NCBI RefSeq assembly: GCF_964204645.1
Contig: NC_134027.1
Location: 7,162,485 to 7,226,484, forward strand
DNA from: Tubulanus polymorphus
Taxonomy: Eukaryota > Animalia > Nemertea
Direction: 5' to 3'
Length of the DNA: 64,000 bases
This document shows, piece by piece, positions 39,883 to 51,800 of this stretch (position 1 is the first letter of the stretch; each line of letters begins with the position of its first letter). A model generated the notes under the pieces. It was given only the letters and a program-made list of their open reading frames with translations. It did not search any database and was not told where the DNA came from. The translations under genes were made by a program, and so were the position numbers.

Positions 39883-42800
39883 TTACAAAGCATTCACATA
39901 CGGTGATATTAAATCAGGATCTAATAATGAGTCTTGCAATGGAACATCTATATTAAAATCGTGTGCTTGTTGTATCTGCCGCAGTTTCTTACTTCTCTGT
40001 GGTATTGGTAATTCAGAATGATGTGCAGGCAGTGGTTCCGTAAAAAAGTAGGGGTGAAGCAGCGCCTGACAAAATAAATTCATTTCATTCAATTAGATTC
40101 AGATTTTCGATAGGAAAATCATCTATTCATATATAGAAAGCAGTTCTTCACTCAATGATGGACTCTGAAACAAAGTCCATGATTTAATGTTTTAATCGGC
40201 ACATCGCCTTTACTCCAAGGTTGGATTAAGAATTCAAATAATGTCCGCATAGATTTATGCATTTCTCAGATCTAAAACGAATTCTATCCTAATTAGCCGT
40301 GCCAAATCTATGATTTTATGATATTCCTTGCTTATAATATAAAAACAGCTTTACACCTATTGTTATTCATTGTCATAAACAGTAAACAGCCATAAACAGC
40401 CTTAGTGAAGTCCAGGTTATGAGATATTATGAATAGTAGCAGTCATTCATTCCTAACCCAATTTTGAGCCAAGAGAGTGTTCAAATGGACCTTATATCAA
40501 GCTTGTGAAGTACTGAAAAGGTAGGTAGGAAACTTGGAATATCCGATAGTGAACATGTGAATGTTTGAAAGTTCTTCTGCGCATTAGTAACCACAATTCA
40601 TAATCTTATTACCATAACAAGTTAGATTTTGATCTGTGAACACCAGATAATATAATGTATTCTACCTAATATACGTAGCAGGCAGTACTATGGTACTTTA
40701 TTAATTATATACACAATCAGAAAACACTGCAGGAACAATTTTCAATAATTTTCAGCCACATTCGAGACACACGCCAAGTCTCCATGGAAACTCATTAAGT
40801 GTAAATCAGATATATAATATACACGGGGGTCATTCATTTATAACGTATGCACTAGGGGAGAGGGAAGGGTCAGTGCAATTGTGTACTGTTATGCTTAATG
40901 TATATGAAAAAATTACCGATTTTGCGTACAGAGGGGGAGGGGGGTTGAAAAATTCAAATTTTATGCATCCGTAATAAATGAATGATCTCACACAGCTATA
41001 CACTGATTCATTATTTTTCATTGTTCATTGAACTAACATCGATGTCATATACCAAATACAAAGTAGATTTATGGTGAATATAGTGCCAGGAAGTTAAATG
41101 TTTCAATGCTTTGCTTTGAACAGTTTATCTTTGGTGAATGATTCAGATGCACCATTTTAGACGTCTATGCTTGACATCGATATCGCTGGGGAGCATATTG
41201 ATCTTACCTCGTTAGCAGAAATTCTCTGTTTGGAAGGATACACTAGAAATCGTTTTAGTAAGTCTAATGCAACTGGTGACGCGTCCGGGACAACCTCCTC
41301 AAATGGTATCGGTGGTTTCTCTGTGTAACCTATCTTATGATAGTCTGGTAGTTCTGACAATCCCTAGAAAATGAAGTCTGAATGTAGGGTCTAGGTTTAT
41401 AAATCTGTACTTGGGATTGATTCTGAGAACATTTCCTAAGGACAGCTTTTTTGCTAAAGGTTATCGTTATCTGCAGTATGATGATTTAAAGATATGATTC
41501 CGATATCATCCGGTGTGGGTAGTGATCTAATACTGTTAACATGTCAAGATGTACATCATGCATATCTAATTAAGTTCACACAAACAATAACTGTACGCTG
41601 TTATAATAAATAAACGACTGGTGAAACTAATGAATATTTGAAATACTTGATGTATTTCACATTGTGCAAACACTACTTCATACATTATTCATACAAATCA
41701 CTGATGAGAAATCATTGTTCAAACAGTCAATCCCTAAAGATTATATAATATTAGTTAAAGGGTAAAACAACAGAGAAAGTGGCTGAAAACATACCAATGA
41801 AATTGAAAGTTCTTACATGTATTACGAATTTTTCAAATTTTAGATAGGCTCTGATGTTTGCAGCATCGTATCATTCATCATTCAATTTTTTCAATAATAT
41901 TTCCACTCCAGATACTCACTGGCCATATTTTTTCATTTGGAGTGCCCAATACCCGTAATACACAACCAAGCTGATCAATATCTGTTTCACCCTGAAAAGG
42001 AAAAGATCCTGTACATAGATTCACATCAGTCAACCTGACGACAGATGACAGTACTTTGTAGGTTCACTTGAATTTATTAATAATAATAATACCAGGCATC
42101 GGGTAAAGCTGGTTTAGTTACTATACAGTAGTATTAACAAAAGCTCATATTTTAATAAAATTTGGTATATATCTGTCTTTATATTTACTGAGTTGATATC
42201 AGGTTAATGTGGCTCCTCCATGACTGTTCACACCAGTTCACCTAATATTATACTGGATACTCGATCTAGATCTGTATACTACTGTTACCATGATCGGCAC
42301 CAGGAATCGAGTACGTAATATTTAACTAAAATTGCCGAAGGGCGGAGCCTGCTCGGGTGTGGAACGCATAAAAATTGCTGGCCGAGGCTGGATTGTGACT
42401 GCTGACGACACATTGACGTACCCCCCTCTGGTGTCGCCCATGGTTACTTGTATATTACAGGTCAACAATGATCATAGAACCACCCCTTCATCTAAAACCG
42501 TTTTTTTGTTGTCATATCATGTCAAACTACACTAGAACTGATGTCCACTTGGTTTTATACAAAATAATGCTAGGATTTCCATACACCATTTCCTTGAGCT
42601 TTCTTGTTATAGCTAGAAAACACCAGAACACACCAGCGGTGAAAAACTATCTGCGTTTTAACTCTTATCAGAGAAAGGAGTAAGGTTTTTCAAGTTTGAG
42701 CCGTGGAAAACTGCTTATCTCAAAGATACTCTTTATCTGGTGTAACGAGATAGTTTTTTACATCATTGTAGTATTTGTAGCAGAAAACTCCTCGAACAAC

Positions 42801-45800
42801 AGTATCGACAGATTTACATCTTTCAAAAGAGGAGCTATGGTTCAAGTCTGTAAAACTGCGTAGAAATTTACAATCGTTGTTAAGCTCTTCTATACCACAA
42901 GGAACATATACCCGGTAATCGGAGATTCTCTAAACTGAACAAAAGCGCGAAGCAATGAATCCTCAGTGAGCCTCAGACAGAGCATTGCTCCAATCGCCTG
43001 AATCTGATAAAGGGAATTGTCCTCAATGAAGTCTACATGTGAAGAAGAAAAGGACAAATTCTAATTTCTTGGACTAATAAATCCAGTCATGTTTTCTGTA
43101 CATTTATGGAATATGATTGAAAATAGAAGTAAGATTTAAGCATATTTCTCCATATACTTTATTGACATTCAAACTAGTGAGTTTGTGTTAATCTGTGTTA
43201 TTCAATTTTTACGTGACTTAATAGCCAAATAGTTCAGATAGTCTTAGCCTAGGCATGTACTTGTGAACAATTTGTTTTGGTTACAAGGATTTTTGAAATC
43301 ATATCTTATAACTAAAGCATTTCGTGTTTGAGTTGGAGACATATATAGTGATAAAACTTACCGGAAAAAGGGGTGAATTGTTCAACAGTTCCCCAAATAT
43401 GCATCCGACTGCCCTAGAAATATTAGAAAAATAGAAAAATGTCATAAAAATCTTCATAAGTTGTTCAAATAATCGTAAAGATGAAGTGGAACATTTATTC
43501 ATGTGTATTTTTTTTATGTTACTTAAATGTTAACTCATTCCTGAAGTGATATAACATTTGTACCGTCTACAAAATGAAAGTACCTGGGGGTGATTTGTAC
43601 AAAATCTGAGAACAAAACCATATTGTTCTAAACAGGTTTAGGAATGACCTAGTTACTTATACAAATTGAATGAACTATTTATAGCTAAGAATTTATGTCT
43701 TGTCCATAATGCCATTATAAATGTGAATGGTGATCGGTGTAGTTTTCTGACTTGTAGACCGACGACACTAGTTCAACTCGAATCCGTATGAAGGCAGTGC
43801 CTCTGAGTGTCGCACTGAGATAATGTATTCCTGCTGCTGATGTTGTGCTGCAGTTGCTGAGGTAACGGTGCGAGATGCATCATATTTACACACCATCATC
43901 AAACATGACAACATTTTTGTTCAATGGATTCACTATACACTCAGATATGCACAGCGGATCTATAACCATGGACTCAATCAGTCGGAATAATTATTCCAAA
44001 ATTCACTCACCAGCTTAAATTCTGGGTAAGCTATGGCAGCAGTTTTTGTGTTGAATAATCTAAGACAAGACTAAGACTGCTTAAGAAAATCATTTGAAAC
44101 TTGATTAATTGTGTGTTTGAAGAATCAATGAACAATATGCAATAGAACTTGGCATTGAATTATTTTCATATTTACAAATAGTATTATGATCCCATGTAAT
44201 AATGTCTCGCGGTTAACTTATTTGGATGCAAATCATCTTCAAGTTCACATGTTCTACATACATGAATAGTGCAGAACTCAACTTATATATACCGATAGAC
44301 TATCAAATCAATAATTTCATTATCATACTTAAGTCTAATCAACTTTTTTTGGGGATTTAGATAATTAACTGCAGCAAGGCCTGTCAATTCGGCCTGAAAT
44401 GAAAAACTATCCAGTATTATTGTCAGCCCATCAGCAGAACTTCAAGAATATCTAAAATTGTCATGTTGTACCGGTTGCATGCTGAGGGGAGAGGGTAGGC
44501 GGATGATATTATCATTCAGCGTCCCCTGGTGAACAGTAAGCAATGACATTGAAACTCTGAACCCCCTAAATACAGGCCTGGGCCTACTGATCAGGGGAAT
44601 CAGGGATCTGGATATGGCGTGTTCAAAAATTACATAATGCATCAGGGGGTGAGGGGTCGTGTCTTACACATTTTGTTACAGCTTGTTACAGGGGGAGGGG
44701 GGTGTCAGTACATCTGTTACATAACAAAACACATGGAAATCTCAGAAGGATGAAATTCTTCATAATACCCTTTGAACTATAGAATATGCTTGAAACAATA
44801 GCTGAACTATATATTGAACTTAAACCTTCTGACAATAACTTACTTATTTACAACAACACTAAGAGTCCTGACCACTGACGGCAACATGAACTTTAAACAT
44901 TTATTTAAACGACCAGAAACTAATCCTCATCTTCCCATTGAGGTAATCCATCATTAATCATTAATCGCGTACAGGGCCTCCTGCTTCAACTCGTAATGGC
45001 TGGGGCTCCTATGGGAGGGGGGGGGGGGTATTTGATTTTGTTACATAATATTTAGGGGGGTGACGGGGGTGTCTAAATTTCCCCAAAAATGTGTTACGTA
45101 ATTTTTGAACAGCCCCTAATAAATAGACCTAAATCATTTTTACCAGCTTGAAAAAGATAAAGATTTCTGACTCTTTTCTTGGAACTTTTTGGTGCCCTTC
45201 TTGATGTTCTTGTTATTCATGAGTGACTGATAAGTAAGGCTTTGATACACAAACACGTAACAGATATTGGTAAGAAACCTGTTTGTACGTGATAATCTTT
45301 CTGTCCCTACGATCCTTTTACAAACAAGTGCTTTGTATGCAGCCAGTGAAAATGACCCTTTTTAAAATATCTAAGTCTTTCTTCTCAAAAGTAAAACTTA
45401 TTCTACAATTTCTGCTGCGTAGATCATATCTAATATTCAAACCTTTTTCTGCAATTTCTGGAATACAGATTCGCCCTTAATCGTAAGTGCCCCCTGGCTC
45501 CTGAATCAGGCTATTTATTAGTGCAATAGGTTTTCGCATAAAATTGTTCTCCTAGATCAATAATAAATATGAAATATTTTACCTAAAATCAATAAAATTT
45601 ATCAATTAGTGCCAATGATCACAATAGGTTGTGTCTACCATGCAGTAATCTCTAATTAATTGCTCCTCTGACAGTGTCTACCATCTGTAGTTTCTTATCT
45701 GAATATTAACCTATAAGGGCTTGTCTTACTCTTATCATCTTATCCAGAGAAAAAGAAGATTGTGTTAGGTATGGAAATCAAATCATCTTTTATCCTCTAT

Positions 45801-48800
45801 GTAAGCTGATTATCCAGTACTGTATATCATAAGAAGGCCTCGCAAAAAGCTGATTTCTTTTTCCATTTAGTCTATTGTATTCACTTATATCATTGATTGA
45901 TAATATCAAAATTCTATGGGCGTAAGCATGTAAGGGTGTGGTCAGACAGCAGAAGATTAAAGCATTCAAAGAGATTCAGCATTCATAGTTTTTTGCACTC
46001 ACACAACAGGGTTTGACAAAGATTACCTTTCAATATCATAAGCTCTAGAGTAGAGTATTACTGGCAGCTCTTATTGCGGTTTTAATCCACTAAGGTTGCC
46101 TTGCCGCAAACAGATGGCTATTGCGGTTTGTTTGTGCGAAGTAGTTGTTACCACCCGGATTATCTAGTTTTACAGTAGACATTTACAAAAATCAAAGCCT
46201 AACCATCTCAGGTAGGTGATATGGTTGCTCTTAAAATCATGTGTCAAATAATTTGTTTTCTTAATATTAAGTTAGAATGAATAACCATTTACCAAACATT
46301 GCTAAAATCGAGGCTTCAACTTGATAACTCAATAAATTTTTTTATTGTGGGTTTGATTCGTGACCAAAACATGAATGAAATGTCATAAATACACTATTAG
46401 GTATCGATCATTTATTACGTACGCATAAAATTTGAATTTTTCAACCCCCCTCCCCCTCTGTACGTTAAATCGGCAATTTTTTCATATACACTAAGCATAA
46501 CAGTGCGCAATTGCACTGACAACTCCCTCCTCCCCTAATGGGTACGTAAATAAATGAATGACCCCTTATGCAAAATTATCAACTCTCATGATCTTACATG
46601 ATTAGAGCATATCTTACTCAAATGCATCACTTGTCAACTGATCCATGAGAATCTAAATGATACTGTACATGTGTGGCTATCAGACAATTTTCTTGCAAAA
46701 ACTTTTTTTTTGATTGAAAGGAATACTGGCCAGGCCTGTGCTGAGCTCTTTTGAGGGGCAGTTCTATTTCAAGAAAAATGGCACTTTTTACCACGAAAAG
46801 GGGCACTCCAGTTGAAAAAGGACAGAGAGAAGGGGCGGGTAACTGAATAAATCATTTGAGAATGGATAATTTTCAATTTCCATTTAAAAAACATGGGAAT
46901 TGTATCTAAATTCTGAAAAAAATCTTCACCCAAATTTGTGGACACTGACTTTTTGACAGGCCTTTTAGGGGGTTTGTTCACTACCCCCGAACCCCCCCCC
47001 CTCGGCACGGGCCTGCAGGCATACAGTGTTAGTATTTTTCTACTGTTTGAATTTTCAGAAATCATACGTGAAATTATTACATCAATAGTACACGTTATAT
47101 TTCAATATATACATATCAATATGATACGTGAAACTTCACCTACAACAACGCACAGCTGGAAATGCAGGTGCTTTTATTAAAAGCACTGACACATATGTTT
47201 CATTTCAAATCTCATTAAACCTACAAGTTTTCTATCATAAATATACAAGCTTAACAGTAAATCCCAGCATGTATGAAATATTTTATTTTCTTATTTTTGA
47301 ATCAGCGGCTTCACATGTAAGTTTGTCAAGTGCGGAAATTAAACGGAAGTTTATATTTTCACTTTTGAAATTTATAAATTCCTCATTGGGGCGAGATAAG
47401 CTGCTAAATTTGGTAGAATATGGCGGCTCTCTGGGAAATTTGATTAATTCAGATTTCAAAGGAGGATCAAGTTAGTGATGTAGGTACATGCTACGAGCAA
47501 TCATCTCAATTGCTCGTAGGTACATGCAAATATCATTCTCTTGTATGTTAATTTGGCACTTGGACACAGTAGTTCCCTGAATTCTACTCGAATTTAACAG
47601 GAAAAAACATTCAATCTCACTGATTTTTTACTTGGTTCATCCGACGAAATATTTACAGCCACACCATTACCAAATAAGGCAGAGTATACTTAATACTAAT
47701 CAGAGACAGAGCGAATGAAATGAATGTATAATGACACGCCCAAACTCAGAAAACAAAGCATTTTTGATTGTATCACCATTTCAGATTAAATGGTTTTACT
47801 AAAATCGTCACTGTGGAACTGCTTCGAGCTCTTCATCAAATCAGTAATGAATTATACTTTTTTTTTCCAGGATGAGGACGATTTGTGGCACGATGTTGTC
47901 CTGTTTGACGAGGAAGCTGAAGTCACGTTACAAAACGTTGATCGGGTTGATCACGATGTTGCTGATCACCTGGGTCACCCTGTCATCGCTGATCATGGTA
48001 AACCAACAGGTCGTCGTCAACCAAAGGTCTCCATTCGGCATGGATGATATCGTGCAAAAGCAAATCATACAACAGAGGAGACGGTCGTCGAAGTTTCAGT
48101 TGAAAGACGAGCCGCAGCGAGTGCGTTTAAAATTGAATGTGGCAGAGGATAAAAATGATAATACAGTGCATCTTATATTTAACGACGATAATGAACTCGC
48201 CGAATTGTCTTTACCGAAAGATGTTATCTCACGTATGAGTTTGAATTTAACCCTCGAGTTTTCCGTCCACCACAATTTGCCGCGAGGAATAACCATCGAC
48301 GCGATAGTTCCTGAATTCGCCGTGTGGAAGATGCGTAACAACACGTTTTGTCGAAACAAGTTGGTCGCATTCGCCAACGAATTCGCGTTTTTGGAAAACG
48401 TAGTCGTTGACCGGACGAGAGCGCATGGTCGGCGAGGCGGTGAGGAATTACAGTCAGTCATCAATCAACCGGAAAAAAAAGAATACTTCAAATTCGATAA
48501 AGGGTTTTTCCGTTTACCGTGCAAAGCTGACCCTTCGTACAAGTTTGCGAATAAAAATCACCTCAATCAATGGATATCTGTCGTCGACGGCAACGACGAT
48601 TACTACAATAAATCGAAGATTGCAGAAACGAAAAAGAAATTTACGCTTGCCATCACACGCTACGAGTTCGCCAATCTTTACCACACGATGACTGATTTCT
48701 ACAATGCATTTCTCATGATAAGGTTCTTCAATAAAAAGCCAGATGATACGACCATTCTGTTCGTTGACGGTCACCCGAAAGGATCATTAGATAGCATTTG

Positions 48801-51800
48801 GTCTAAATTATTTAATGAGGTGCAACGTTTAGGACACATGTCTAACTTAACTAAGTATAGCGAGTTAGTCTGGGCGGCACAAGGTTATAATAGTCCGATG
48901 AATCATCATAAATTAAAAAGCATACCCCTCGTCGAGGACTTTCGTGAATTTTTTCTCGCCCGCCACAATGTCACGGCAAGAATTCGGCCATTGAACTGTT
49001 CAAATGTACAGCTGCTTTTCATATGGCGACATGATTATGTTGCACACCCACGAAACCCGTCCGGTTCAGTATCGAGAAAGATAAAAAATGAACAAGAACT
49101 TGTCAATTCTATCACAAACAAATATCACAACATCCGCATAAAGGCTATTCAGATTGATAAATTTGATATGGCTTCTCAGCTTAAAATGGTGAACGAGGCT
49201 GATATTCTTGTCGGCATGCATGGAGCTGGCTTGTCACATACTTTGTTTCTCCCGAAACATGCTGGAGTTATTGAGTTTTATCCCGCCTACTGGGCCTCAA
49301 GTAACATTCATTTCAAAGCGATGGCGCACTGGCGCAAACTACACTACGAGCGTTGGGTGAACCGAGACCGTCATAATGAAAGCCCAAATCATTATACCAG
49401 AATTCCACCCGGAGTCATGACGTCCCTTCTACAAAATATACTGAACAAACTCAAATGTCAAGCAATGTTTTGGTGATAAAACTGCTCGTCATGAGTCACC
49501 TTTTACAATAGACTGTTCTATCAAACGAGGAAGTGTAAAATAACAAATGATCTTCCTGTTTTGAAATTTGTATAAATCGATGGAAGATGATGAATGGAAG
49601 ATGGATTTTCTTCCTAGGTTCAACATATTTTGTTTGTTCGAACAAGCAACTGCAAGATACATATATCGGTAGCATAACCATAGCAACAGCCAATTGAAAT
49701 ACCACCATGATGTAATATGACATTTTCAATTATATAGTTTTTGCAGAAGCTTATTTTCGGGGTGGGAAATTATTGTTTGGCTTAAGTCGATATCCTGTTT
49801 AGTTTCATGATCAAGTATTTTCACCTTAACACCAATGATTAGGTAACTTTCTTACTAGGTTGGTTTAAATTTCATCAATCTTATACTGTATAGATTTGGT
49901 TTGCAAATTGTTATCATGTTATACGTTTTTTAACATTCTTGTCCTAGGTGGCTGTGTTATTCAAGACAATCCTAATTTCTTATGCTTGGTAATTGATCAT
50001 TGATTTGATAATGTTTCTACCGGAGATAATCTTAATCAATTCATGGGAAAAGTTACTTTGTGGTGCCACACTCACTTACATATGAAAACATAACCGGTAT
50101 TATACTAGCATTTATATTCTAGGGTTACTGAATTTGAATATCAGCAAACGTTACTTTATGAAGAAGCCCTTGAAGTTCATTTTCGCAATCAGAAAATCAA
50201 CCTTTATGTATTCACAAAAAAATTAATGTCCCCTGAATGAAGCTATTTGATGCAACTGGTAGATGTGAAGACCTTTGTAATTATGGTCTCTTCAAATTAG
50301 TTATCCCAGAATGTAAGAATGTAATCTATTTTCGGCCCGGGTTATACTAAGATTTTCAGAAAGTGGTATTGCTTATATTCAAAATCATATACATGTATCT
50401 CTATGCTGTAACAGACTAATTCTAATCAAGTAACGATACCTATTTTTTCTAAAGTGTTGGGGAAAGAGAATTTCTTAACCCTCTTGTTATATTCACTATT
50501 TGTGATATGTTATTCAATCTACAATAAATACACAGATACATGCTTTGACATCATTATCACTGATTGAATGGACTTTTTATTCCGTCTGAAATATCACTCA
50601 AAATGTGTGCACACTGTGTGCAAACTACTCTAAATTTCCATGTATGGTGGCTCGAATCATCAAGACAACACTTTCCCAGCCGAGATATAGAGTACCAATG
50701 AGTTTTTTTGTGAATAAAATTATGCTTATTCAGTCATTTTTGTTTACATGATGTTTGGGATGTGGTGGTGGTGGGGAATATTTGATTGCCATTTAATCGC
50801 ACCCTAAAGGAAGAGCTATACATCATAGTGCATGGCATCAGGGACTGCCAGATTAAGCGCAACATGCAGTGAAAATTAATCATGGGAAAGTAAACCTACT
50901 GATGACACGATAGTGGTGACATCTCTCTTTAACAAATGCACATTAAAAAGAGTTTTAAAGTAAGATATGGCATGTGAACATGTTTATGTCTATCAGGGTG
51001 ATCATTTTCTTACCACAAATCAACTCCTTCGTCATACTTTCTTGCACTGTACAATAGTTCAGGTGCGCGGTACCACCTAAAAGTGAATTATGTATATTTT
51101 GTCTAAAACAATGATTTTTTCTGATTTTTTTCTAAAGATGAAATAAATTCTTTTCAAGATTTTGCTCACCGCGTGGCCACTTGATGACTGTACAAACGAT
51201 TTCCTTCATTTTGGAATAATCTCGCTAATCCAAAATCTGCTATTTTCAAATGTCCGGTTGAACTAATCAGTAAATTGGCTGGTTTCAAATCCTAGAAAGG
51301 AGAATATTAGCTATATTTTTCATGTTCCTTATTGCCAAAAGATATGAAAACCGATACAGTTTACGAAGAATTTCCAATCTCACCCTATGCATTATATTAT
51401 TTTCATGGCAAAATGCTACTCCTTTCAGTAACATAAGCATGTAACTTTTGATCTGGGCTTCTGTCAACGGTTTTCCTGAATTGTGGACAACTTCGGATAG
51501 ATCCGTCAGCATGTACTCAAACACTAACACAAATCCAGGACCATGAGGAAAAACTTCACGTAATTTCACCACCTGAAACAGAAATGAGTGATCAGCCACA
51601 TCTTCTCAATAATAATCATACAATGTTTGTCACACAAAAATTTCTGTTGCATCAAACGATGTAAATTATAGAACTTAAAAATATCTTCTTACATATTGAT
51701 TGTCCTCAATTTCCTGCAGAGCTTTTATTTCTCTGTAAAATACAAGCATTAAAAACTAATTAATGTACAAATTATAAGCTTTATTACCTCCCATCACAGA

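Noticed and set aside
46769-47475. ORFs of 80-115 aa upstream of the GT61 gene
   Set aside because: They overlap a MITE or AT-rich intron sequence and show no coding features.
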